DNA from: Promethearchaeota archaeon
GTDB taxonomy: Archaea; Asgardarchaeota; Lokiarchaeia; Sigyniarchaeales; SOKP01
Length of the DNA: 16,890 nt
Reading direction: 5' to 3'
Assembly (NCBI GenBank): GCA_048940925.1
Contig: JBHLOC010000034.1
Coordinates: 6,079-22,968 of the forward strand
Part shown: positions 6,154 through 16,890 of the stretch, in pieces
Position numbering within the stretch: the stretch's first letter is position 1
Layout: every line of letters starts with the position of its first letter
The notes under the pieces: model-generated
The model's input: only the letters and a program-made list of their open reading frames with translations
The model's database searches: none
What the model was told of the DNA's origin: nothing
Made by a program: the position numbers and the translations under genes

Positions 6154-6687
6154 TTAATAATTCTCAAAAAATTCCTTATTCAAATATTTATTAATATTCT
6201 GATCAATTTTTTTCTTTACATCTTTCAATCCTTCAGGTAATACTCTAGTTTTTCCTACTATATCAATAAATCCGAGTTCAGATCCATATCTAGGTACCAA
6301 ATGGATATGTAGGTGTTCAATGCTACCACCAGCATCTCTTCCTTGATTTATACCCACATTATAGCCCTTAGGATTATAGAGGTCATCTAGTAATAATTGA
6401 ATTCCTTGAATGGCTCGAGTTAGATGAAGCATCTCCTTTTTCGTCAATTCAAGGAACTTAGTTATATGTCTCCTAATAACTATCATTAAATGTGCCGGGT
6501 TATAAGGATATATATTTAGAACAATAAAACATATATTATCTTCGTAAACTTTTAGAATTTTAACACGCTCATCATTATCTCTTACAGCACATAGGATGCA
6601 GTCTACCTTGGGCCTTGCTTTTCCCTGAACATAATCTAATTTTCCTAGGGCTTGCAACCAATTTTTAAATACCAAACTTCTAATCAC
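6154..6687 (-). CDS. HIT-family nucleotide hydrolase/transferase (Ap4A phosphorylase/Fhit-like)
   Basis: CILC Zn motif, LNIYPYNPAHLM, GYNVGINQGRDAGGSIEHLHIHLVPR (HxHxHxx triad); GTG start. Confidence 0.92.
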   Translation of the reverse strand: MIRSLVFKNWLQALGKLDYVQGKARPKVDCILCAVRDNDERVKILKVYEDNICFIVLNIYPYNPAHLMIVIRRHITKFLELTKKEMLHLTRAIQGIQLLLDDLYNPKGYNVGINQGRDAGGSIEHLHIHLVPRYGSELGFIDIVGKTRVLPEGLKDVKKKIDQNINKYLNKEFFENY

Positions 6688-6698
6688 TATTTATATAT

Positions 6699-7247
6699 TT
6701 AAGAATATAAAGAAAAATCTGAATCAGGAGTAAAGTCTTTAGATTTAATAAAATCCTCGGGTTTTATTTTCCCAATACAGTATTCTCCTAAGATTAAATT
6801 ACTATAAGCCGCTCCATCAAATACATATCTAATCGATTTATAAAAAGAATTTTTGGAAATAGTCCCATCTTCATTTAGAAAAATTTGATCGCTTATTTGG
6901 TATCTATAATTCTGAAGGTCTAACCGATAATACAAATCTTTCATAAGAAAATATTTGCGTAGATCCATGAAAAATTGTGTTTTTCTAGTTTCTTCTAATG
7001 AATTTAATACATCAATGTGAGGTCGTGAGATTTGAATTACTAGTGAGATTATAATGAAATCTTTGCTTTTTGGTCGAATTACAACCATCTTTCTTCCAAG
7101 TTCTCGTCCAGAAGGATCCTTTATTGGGGGAAATATAAATTGAAACCCAAAATCTAGTTTTGAATCATTAATTTGTTCTCTTAATAATCCCTCATCTAAT
7201 AAATATTCTCGAATTAAATGTTTGATTTTACTTTCTTTAGTAGACAT
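6699..7247 (-). CDS. DUF2299-like archaeal protein
   Basis: IREYLLDEGL...DFGFQFIFPP...VVIRPKSKDFIII...ISRPH pattern resembles DUF2299 as I recall the family. Confidence 0.65.
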   Translation of the reverse strand: MSTKESKIKHLIREYLLDEGLLREQINDSKLDFGFQFIFPPIKDPSGRELGRKMVVIRPKSKDFIIISLVIQISRPHIDVLNSLEETRKTQFFMDLRKYFLMKDLYYRLDLQNYRYQISDQIFLNEDGTISKNSFYKSIRYVFDGAAYSNLILGEYCIGKIKPEDFIKSKDFTPDSDFSLYS

Positions 7248-7332
7248 AATTATTCCATAAAGTTAAAAATGCTATAATTAATATATTTTTTGTGTGAAAT
7301 CTCAGCAATTCAAAAATAGTGTATTTAGATAA

Positions 7333-7686
7333 TTAATATTTACCTTTAGGTCTCGGTTCCGGTTCAATACCAGTAGATTTTAATTTTTCAATATTTTCAA
7401 GTAAAATTTCAATTGGCGTACAATATATTACTTCTAGAGATTCATGATCTATAAAGATTTGCCCAACAATACCTAAACCCATCAAACGATTATCATTGTC
7501 TATAAATGTGTGATCTATATTCATTTTGATTGCCATTCTATCTCCATCAAGTTCTACTAAAGAAGGTTGGCAAGCGGTATACCCAGGACCTCGGTTTTGG
7601 ATAAGATAGTTCATTAATGCATAATCTAACTCATCATTAATCTCCCCCCGTTCTTGAAGGATCTTAACTATAATCGGTGCTGACAT
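7333..7686 (-). CDS. Hypothetical protein (117 aa)
   Basis: Clean ORF filling the gap in a co-oriented run; globular composition; no recognised motif. Confidence 0.8.
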   Translation of the reverse strand: MSAPIIVKILQERGEINDELDYALMNYLIQNRGPGYTACQPSLVELDGDRMAIKMNIDHTFIDNDNRLMGLGIVGQIFIDHESLEVIYCTPIEILLENIEKLKSTGIEPEPRPKGKY

Positions 7687-7798
7687 ATTAACAGAAATAA
7701 AATTGTCTTATTTAAATTAAAATGTGTAGAATTTATTTTTATTTTTTTTGCTAAAAATTTATTAGAAAAAAAATAGGAAAGAATTTGGATTCGTTTAG

Positions 7799-8053
7799 TT
7801 AATCCCTCTCTTCCATTAAGACCTCGTCAACACTATGTAATGCACAATTCATGCTTGATAAAGATTCTGTAATATCTTCGAGTGAAAGGTTATTCCCTTC
7901 AATATTGATATGCAGGGAGGCTGTTTTTTGATCTAATTCATCTACTTTAATTTGAACTCTTACTACTCCCGTAATTTCCATTAAAGTGCGTGCTACTAAA
8001 TCTACTCCGGGCATATGTGGTTTTAAAATATCTAAATTATACTCCACTCTCAT
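7799..8053 (-). CDS. DUF211 (COG1888) family protein
   Basis: LDILKPHMP at the N-terminus and LHSVDEV at the C-terminus match the DUF211 signature LDVLKPH.P ... HSIDEV. Confidence 0.88.
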   Translation of the reverse strand: MRVEYNLDILKPHMPGVDLVARTLMEITGVVRVQIKVDELDQKTASLHINIEGNNLSLEDITESLSSMNCALHSVDEVLMEERD

Positions 8054-8138
8054 TTTCTTTATCTATATCTTTATATTTATTATTTTAGACTTTATTATAT
8101 CATTAATAGTTCTATATAGATTTATAATTTTTATGGTA

Positions 8139-8825
8139 TTATTGCATTAATTTTTCAATTGTATTGATTAATTTTGCAGGAATATCCTCTAAATCGATTA
8201 TTATATCTGCTTTATGAAAAGATTCTTGATCTAACAGACCAGCAAATTTAGTATTTAAGCCAATCGCATGAGCACCAACGTTGATAGCTGCCTCAATATC
8301 ACGGTTACTGTCTCCAACTACCAAAATTTCATTTGGTTTTACATTTAGTTTGTTACAGATGTAAAATAGGTGATCAGGATGGGGTTTTAGATTAGAGACT
8401 TCATCTCTTCCTACGATTATATCAAAATAGTGAAATATATTTACCTTTTTGAGCGTAATTTCTGCATTTTTTTTTGTATTGTAAGTAAAGATAGCTTGCT
8501 TTAGATCATGAAGCCTTGCAAAACTCAAAACTTCATCAATACCATTTATAAGAGTAGCATTTAAAGCGGCTTCATGTTCTATTTTAATGATTTTATTATC
8601 AACTTTTGCAATTATTTTTTTTATTTTTTCTTCAGAAAATCCTTTATTACTAAAAAATTGTCGTGACAGTTGCATATTTTCTAAAATTGAACTTTTTACT
8701 GTAAGAAGTTGTTTTGGAACACCATGATTTTTTAATATCTTTATTGCAATTTTTCGTGCTCTTAGATAGTCAATTTTAAATTCTACAAGAGTTCCATCTA
8801 AATCCCAGATTAATGCTTTTATCAT
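8139..8825 (-). CDS. HAD-superfamily hydrolase (phosphoglycolate phosphatase-like, subfamily IA)
   Basis: Motif I WDLDGTL, motif II FTYN, motif III KPHP, motif IV VGDSNRD. Confidence 0.92.
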   Translation of the reverse strand: MIKALIWDLDGTLVEFKIDYLRARKIAIKILKNHGVPKQLLTVKSSILENMQLSRQFFSNKGFSEEKIKKIIAKVDNKIIKIEHEAALNATLINGIDEVLSFARLHDLKQAIFTYNTKKNAEITLKKVNIFHYFDIIVGRDEVSNLKPHPDHLFYICNKLNVKPNEILVVGDSNRDIEAAINVGAHAIGLNTKFAGLLDQESFHKADIIIDLEDIPAKLINTIEKLMQ

Positions 8826-8834
8826 AATTTTTGG

Positions 8835-9407
8835 TTAATATATTAAATCGCTATATATTGGTCCTTTTGGGGTTAATTCTGACTTTTTAAGCTTGATTTG
8901 GTTAATATTGAAATTTCCAAATTCTTTATTTTTATTTTCTTCTATTATTTTCTTAAAAACATCAAAATTTTTGTAATTAATTCTATCCTTCTTCAATCTT
9001 CCAATAGTTAGATGGGGTTTAAATTGAGTTCTTTTATCTCTTTCAATTTTTAATCTTTCATACAATAAATCTTCAACAGAATTTTTGATATTTTGTAAGA
9101 ATTGAATGTCACCAACAAGTTTTACCCATAATACCGAAAATTTATTAAATTGACCGACACCTTTCATTTGATATGTGAAAGTTTTCCCTTGAAAGTAAAA
9201 TTCATTAATTTCTTTGTGTAATATATTATAGATTTTAGGTGCTAATACTTCAGCAATATTTCCTAAGAATTTAACCGTGAGGTGTAAATTTTCAGGCTCA
9301 ACTAATTTGATTTTTTGTTGATTTTGCTTTAGACGAGAAGTATAAGCATTAATATTTTCTATAGTTTGTTTATCTTTTAACTCAATTGCTATGAATGACC
9401 TTATCAT
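8835..9407 (-). CDS. thpR: RNA 2',3'-cyclic phosphodiesterase (2H family, '2'-5' RNA ligase')
   Basis: RSFIAIEL start, two HxT motifs (NLHLTVKFLG, FKPHLTIGR) and C-terminal SELTPKGPIY; start overlaps the upstream stop (ATGA at 9404-9407). Confidence 0.95.
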   Translation of the reverse strand: MIRSFIAIELKDKQTIENINAYTSRLKQNQQKIKLVEPENLHLTVKFLGNIAEVLAPKIYNILHKEINEFYFQGKTFTYQMKGVGQFNKFSVLWVKLVGDIQFLQNIKNSVEDLLYERLKIERDKRTQFKPHLTIGRLKKDRINYKNFDVFKKIIEENKNKEFGNFNINQIKLKKSELTPKGPIYSDLIY

Positions 9408-10537
9408 TTTCTATCCCAATATTCAAAAATCCTCCATTTTTTATTATTTAATTGTTTTTGATGATCTGGAATAATATGAATTTCATTTAGATCAGCCAGA
9501 CTGGATGACTTTATAATTTTTATAATATCTTGTAGGAACATTATATTCATTTTACCTCTAGTATTTGCATCAGCAGAAGCATTATGAGGAAATAACATCA
9601 TCCTGATTTCAGGATTAATTTCTTTGATTTTTTTTATTCGCTCAAGTGATTTGTGATCAATAGGTTCTACGGGAAAAACATCAAAAGCAAAATTAATTTG
9701 GATGTCTTTAGATTCAAGCATATCTAGTAGAGTTTCTAAATCTAATACTTGACCTCGAGATGTATTTATTAATAAAGCATTTTCTTTCATTAATTTTAAT
9801 AAATTTCGATTTACTAACTTTACTGTAGATGTGTTAAGTGGAATATGTAAGGTAACAATATCTGATTCTTTAAATACCTCTTCGATTCTTTCTTTATACT
9901 TGATTAAAGGAAATTCTCTTTCAAATTCTTTCATTTGTATAATATCATAGTAAAGAATTTTAATACTCCAGGGATATAGTTTTTTAACCAATTCTTTCCC
10001 TATCTCTCCCAAACCGATGATGCCAAGAACTTTAGTTGCAATTTCTGAAGATAGGGATTGATCTAAGTCCCATCTATCTTCAGAAGTCCATTTATTTTCC
10101 CAAACATAAGTATGGAGATCGATTAGATTTCTTAGATTTGCCATCATTATTGCTATAGTATAATCCGCGACAGTTTCTTGAAGAACTCCAGGAGTATGAG
10201 TGATTAATATATCATCATTGTCCGTTCTTTGAATATGATTATATCCTGCTGTTGAGGTAGAAATTGCGAATATATTTGATTTTTCAATAATTTCTGAAGT
10301 GATTGGATGGCTAAGATGGCACCCTAGAATATCTGGGTTGAAACTATCAATAATATCTTTTACTTGTTCCTCCGATGGAAATCTTCCTTCAAAAATTTTT
10401 AATTCTGAGATTCTCTTTAATTCTTCCCAAAGATTTATTATAGATTGACGAACCTTATCAGATATCCTTTCATTAGAGCCAATTTCCTCGGCGGAGAACA
10501 CATTAGATGTTAGAAAAACTTTAGGAGTAAAAGTCAT
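9404..10537 (-). CDS. D-isomer-specific 2-hydroxyacid dehydrogenase (glyoxylate/hydroxypyruvate reductase-like)
   Basis: AGYNHI, THTPGVLQETVAD, Rossmann GIIGLGEIG, YYD (NAD-type Asp), LHIPL, INTSRG (Arg), DVFPVEP (Glu), PHNAS (His). Confidence 0.92.
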   Translation of the reverse strand: MTFTPKVFLTSNVFSAEEIGSNERISDKVRQSIINLWEELKRISELKIFEGRFPSEEQVKDIIDSFNPDILGCHLSHPITSEIIEKSNIFAISTSTAGYNHIQRTDNDDILITHTPGVLQETVADYTIAIMMANLRNLIDLHTYVWENKWTSEDRWDLDQSLSSEIATKVLGIIGLGEIGKELVKKLYPWSIKILYYDIIQMKEFEREFPLIKYKERIEEVFKESDIVTLHIPLNTSTVKLVNRNLLKLMKENALLINTSRGQVLDLETLLDMLESKDIQINFAFDVFPVEPIDHKSLERIKKIKEINPEIRMMLFPHNASADANTRGKMNIMFLQDIIKIIKSSSLADLNEIHIIPDHQKQLNNKKWRIFEYWDRK

Positions 10538-10633
10538 TTTCCAATTAAGTATTATCGATCATTTGAATTTTATGATTATAAGCGTCTATTTGTATTTTTT
10601 GCTATTAAAAGAAGATATGATTTTTTAGTTAGA

Positions 10634-11596
10634 TTATCTTTCAATTTTACCTGGAAGGTAATAATCATACTTTTTTCTCAGTAATTTGGTTTTTATAAAT
10701 CTATCAAATAGTCTCATTCTCTGGTAAAGCACCCATATGAGCTTATCAGATTTATAATATTTCTCAATTTCCTTTATACTTAAAGGTTCTATACCAAAAT
10801 CATTAGCTTCATCCTTCAAAAATTTATTAATTGTTTTCACTAAGGATGGGACTATTTCTGGTTTTTGCTCTTTAAAGAAATTAGCAACAAGATCTATAAT
10901 TACTAACCTCCAATCATAATATCTATCAATTAGATCTTGAAGAAAGATTGCTTTTAATAATCCTCTTATAAAGGATGGCATACTTTTAGTTAATAGTTCA
11001 ATTTCCATTGCTTCAGATCCATTTTTTCGGTAAAATGGTGGCACTGTATCTATATAAATTAGTTCTGAATTCTCATCCACTTTAGGATTTTTCGGATCGT
11101 AGTCCAATACAGCAAAGTTTGATATTTGACCATCCAATCCTACATCGAAAGTTTTGTTTTTTCTATTTAAACTCCAGACTTTTTTCATTTCTCTTAGTGC
11201 TTTACGAACTAAAATCTTTATATCATCATTTCCAACTTGATGGATTACTTTATTACCCACAGATTCAGGTAAAAGTTTTTCTTGAATAGCATAAAAAATT
11301 ATTTTTCCATTGTCATCCTCAAACCATACAATATCAAGTGGCGGGGTTTTAATATCTAACTCTTCATTTAGAATTCTATTATATTCACGAAAGACTTTTT
11401 CATGCTTTTGGGCTTGTTGATGAGTCTCAAAAATAGGTAGTCTTTTGTAAGCATAATTTTGAGGATCATCAATTATCTCAAAAACTAACGTGATCTCTCC
11501 ATAACCGAGAATTTTAATCGGAACTTTACCTTTTTCCGGATGAACAGTATCAATTGTCCTTTCTAATTCTTTTAATAAATCAATATCAATTTTCAT
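10634..11596 (-). CDS. DUF6206-like protein with protein-kinase-like fold motifs
   Basis: LGYGEITLV (Gly loop), YAYKRLP (beta-3 Lys), IQEKL (hinge), LDGQISNF (DxxxxN), YIDT (DFG-equivalent). The DUF number is from memory of the family. Confidence 0.7.
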   Translation of the reverse strand: MKIDIDLLKELERTIDTVHPEKGKVPIKILGYGEITLVFEIIDDPQNYAYKRLPIFETHQQAQKHEKVFREYNRILNEELDIKTPPLDIVWFEDDNGKIIFYAIQEKLLPESVGNKVIHQVGNDDIKILVRKALREMKKVWSLNRKNKTFDVGLDGQISNFAVLDYDPKNPKVDENSELIYIDTVPPFYRKNGSEAMEIELLTKSMPSFIRGLLKAIFLQDLIDRYYDWRLVIIDLVANFFKEQKPEIVPSLVKTINKFLKDEANDFGIEPLSIKEIEKYYKSDKLIWVLYQRMRLFDRFIKTKLLRKKYDYYLPGKIER

Positions 11597-11681
11597 AATA
11601 TTTCAATTAGATCAAAAAAAACTCATATAAACCTAATTTAACTTTAATTCTATTTAATCTTTTAAAATTTGTTCTTTTAAG

Positions 11682-11740
11682 AAGGTTATCATCTCTTGCT
11701 ATACTATCAATATTAGGAGATGTATTTCGGTGATAACCTT
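11682..11740. repeat. Perfect 10-bp inverted repeat AAGGTTATCA / TGATAACCTT with an inner stem, in the divergent DUF6206/beta-galactosidase intergenic region
   Basis: Arms at 11682-11691 and 11731-11740; inner pairing TCTCTT 11692-11697 with AGGAGA 11715-11720 (one G-U). Confidence 0.6.
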
Positions 11741-11866
11741 AACATACTAAATGCTCTGGTCTTAATGTGTCAATATTAATATAGAGAATTCCCATATTCT
11801 TAAGATAAAGCAAATTATTTTTTAAGTCTTTAAGATTTTAATCCACAATTTGAGATTACTTAATGA

Positions 11867-15031
<3,165 letters not shown>

Positions 15032-15110
15032 CCATTATTTAACAATATTATTATATTAAATTATATTTACAATTATATTTGGATACGTTTTTAAGAAATT
15101 TGGTGTTTGG

Positions 15111-15926
15111 ATGGCTCGTCCTCTATGGTTTGTTAAGTTATTAAAAAAAGTATTCCCAACTGTAAAATTTATTGCTAAATTGACAAATTTCCCAATCTTA
15201 GGCACTATTTTTAATCACCTTCTTTTTAGAGGTGATGATATTATTTATCTTCATCAAGATAAATTAATTAATGTAAATAAGTCAATAGATGAATATCAAG
15301 AATATGTCTTACCATCGCAGGTATTAGAATATTTTATTGCTAAAGCTAACAATCATTGGATCATGAATTTCTGTATTTGCCGATCAAGCATGAATTGCAA
15401 AGACTATCCTAAAGATTTGGGATGTTTATTTCTTGGAGATGCTGTTCTTGACATTAATCCACAATTAGGAAGAAAAGCAACTAAAGGAGAAGCCTTAGAG
15501 CATTTGAAAAAATGTAGGGAAGCTGGATTGGTACACATGATTGGAAGAAATAAATTAGATGCTCAATGGCTTGGTGTCAGTCATGGAGAGAAACTCTTAA
15601 GTATATGTAATTGTGATCCGTGCTGTTGTTTATGGCGTGTATCCTCAATTCTTACCCCAAAGATTGGATCAAAGATTAAAAAAATGCCTGGGATTGTAGT
15701 GAGTGTAAATGACAAGTGTATTGGATGTGGGACATGTTTAGAAGATGTATGTTTTGTTAATGCAATTAGTTTAAAGGATAAACATGCAATTATTAGCGAT
15801 CAATGTAGAGGATGTGGTCGATGTGTCAACATTTGCCCTCAAAATGCAATAGAGTTAACTTTAAATGATAACCAATATATAAGGAAATCCATACAAGAAA
15901 TAGATAAAATAATAGAAGTAGGTTAG
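15111..15926 (+). CDS. Fe-S protein: Cys-rich N-terminal domain plus C-terminal 2x[4Fe-4S] ferredoxin domain
   Basis: CICR..C....GCLF, CNCDPCCC, CIGCGTCLEDVC and CRGCGRCVNICP. Confidence 0.9.
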   Translation: MARPLWFVKLLKKVFPTVKFIAKLTNFPILGTIFNHLLFRGDDIIYLHQDKLINVNKSIDEYQEYVLPSQVLEYFIAKANNHWIMNFCICRSSMNCKDYPKDLGCLFLGDAVLDINPQLGRKATKGEALEHLKKCREAGLVHMIGRNKLDAQWLGVSHGEKLLSICNCDPCCCLWRVSSILTPKIGSKIKKMPGIVVSVNDKCIGCGTCLEDVCFVNAISLKDKHAIISDQCRGCGRCVNICPQNAIELTLNDNQYIRKSIQEIDKIIEVG

Positions 15927-16002
15927 AAAATTTTATTAAAATTAAAGCATATCTCTTTTTTTACAAAAGAGTATATTAGGTAGTTATAACTAAATAAAAG
16001 CA

Positions 16003-16311
16003 ATGAAAATAGATAAAAAAATTATTGTTCGCATAATTCTTACTATAATAGGAATCTTAAATCTAATACAAATTCTTTTTGCACTTTTTAATCCAAATTC
16101 TTTTATAAGTTTGAATTTAGCTGGAGGAAATCCAATTATTAAGCTTGTCATTATCGATTTACTGATAGCACTTCCCTTATTCATGATAGCATTTGGCATA
16201 TTTTCGAAAAGTATTAACACAAACCTATTTCTTTTATTCAGTGGCATAATACTAATGATTTTTTACTTTAATTTTACTATAATACCCAGTATTGTTGCCC
16301 CTTCCTCGTAA
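16003..16311 (+). CDS. Small membrane protein (about 3 TM helices)
   Basis: Three hydrophobic stretches separated by short polar loops and a basic N-terminus; co-oriented with the upstream genes. Confidence 0.7.
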   Translation: MKIDKKIIVRIILTIIGILNLIQILFALFNPNSFISLNLAGGNPIIKLVIIDLLIALPLFMIAFGIFSKSINTNLFLLFSGIILMIFYFNFTIIPSIVAPSS

Positions 16312-16320
16312 TAAAAAGAT

Positions 16321-16367
16321 TTTTTTGGGAGATTTTAATAAACTTATTTTTTTTTACTCCCAAAAAA
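16321..16367. terminator. 11-bp perfect inverted repeat between convergent genes, possible terminator or 3' hairpin
   Basis: TTTTTTGGGAG 16321-16331 / CTCCCAAAAAA 16357-16367; the 25-nt loop contains a T9 tract and the stop codon of the minus-strand gene. Confidence 0.5.
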
Positions 16368-16890
16368 CATTTTTGAGTTTTAAATTATCTATTCGAGTTC
16401 TCTCTTTTAACGCAGATACAGCTTGAACGGTTTCTTTAATTGAATGAAAAACTGGAATATTAGCAAGTTCTAATGATTCTATTATCATCGAATATTTGGA
16501 TACATAGGGAATAAAACATACAACAGGTTTATTTTTAGATACAATAATATTTGCAATCCTTCTTCCAATTTGGAAAGAAATGTTAGGGGGATAAGGAAGT
16601 AAGAGCAATATAATGCATTCAATTCTCTCAATATCGGATAAATAATGCACAATATTTTCAATATCGGTATCTAATACAGAACCTGTTAAATCAATAGGGT
16701 TATTAAATGAAGCAATTTCTGCGGCAACAGGATTCATCAGATTTTTTAATTCTCTTCTTTCCTGCTGTGAAAACCGAATAGCATTCAAACCGTATTTCTT
16801 TAGCATATCAGATGCCAAAACAGCATGCCCTCCAGACACAGATACTATTGCCACATCACCAAAGGTAATTATATTATCACCAAACGGATT
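16354..16890 (-). CDS. 3' part of an acetate/acyl-CoA ligase (ADP-forming) family protein, succinyl-CoA-ligase-like flavodoxin domain; 5' end lies outside the window
   Basis: VAIVSVSGGHAVLASD, NNPIDLTG, KPVV, LELANIPVF; the frame stays open from 16854 to the window edge (NPFGDNIITFGDV), so GTG 16854 is probably not the real start. Confidence 0.88.
   Translation of the reverse strand, partial: NPFGDNIITFGDVAIVSVSGGHAVLASDMLKKYGLNAIRFSQQERRELKNLMNPVAAEIASFNNPIDLTGSVLDTDIENIVHYLSDIERIECIILLLLPYPPNISFQIGRRIANIIVSKNKPVVCFIPYVSKYSMIIESLELANIPVFHSIKETVQAVSALKERTRIDNLKLKNVFWE

Noticed and set aside
8111-8120. Palindrome TCTATATAGA upstream of DUF211
   Set aside because: Short and TATA-like; not distinguishable from a promoter core or chance.
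9404-9407. TGA stop as possible selenocysteine readthrough
   Set aside because: It is an ordinary ATGA stop/start overlap with thpR, the dehydrogenase is already complete, and I see no convincing SECIS.
15051-15080. TTATATT repeated three times upstream of the Fe-S gene
   Set aside because: Pure A/T low-complexity sequence, expected by chance at this composition; probably just includes the TATA box.
15990-16247. 85-aa minus-strand ORF overlapping the membrane protein
   Set aside because: The + strand ORF has a coherent three-TM pattern and fits the spacing; this one is its antisense shadow.

Overview
Very AT-rich, densely coding archaeal DNA, most consistent with an Asgard archaeon (Lokiarchaeia/Promethearchaeota-like). 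This assignment is inferred from a Rab-like small GTPase next to an archaeal histone, TrmB, DUF211, DUF2299, CofC and an archaeal/eukaryote-type SerRS. Gene order: small ORF, serS, 412-aa coiled-coil protein (+); cofC, Rab-like GTPase, TrmB-family regulator (-); a 563-bp intergenic region; a histone with a Lys-rich N-terminal tail (+); a minus-strand run of HIT hydrolase, DUF2299, hypothetical, DUF211, HAD phosphatase, thpR, 2-hydroxyacid dehydrogenase and a DUF6206 kinase-like protein; then a GH2 beta-galactosidase, a Fe-S protein and a small membrane protein (+); and the 3' part of an acyl-CoA synthetase (-). I saw no rRNA, tRNA, CRISPR array or transposase. The most unusual part is the divergent trmB/histone locus. 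The histone has a duplicated AKKKA tail and non-canonical tetramer and DNA-contact residues. Its TATA box is abutted by a dense nested palindrome array: an 18-bp stem with a 12-nt bulge, a perfect 12-bp palindrome, helically phased TGA units and clustered GATC/GANTC sites. All family assignments come from motif recognition by eye, not from database searches.
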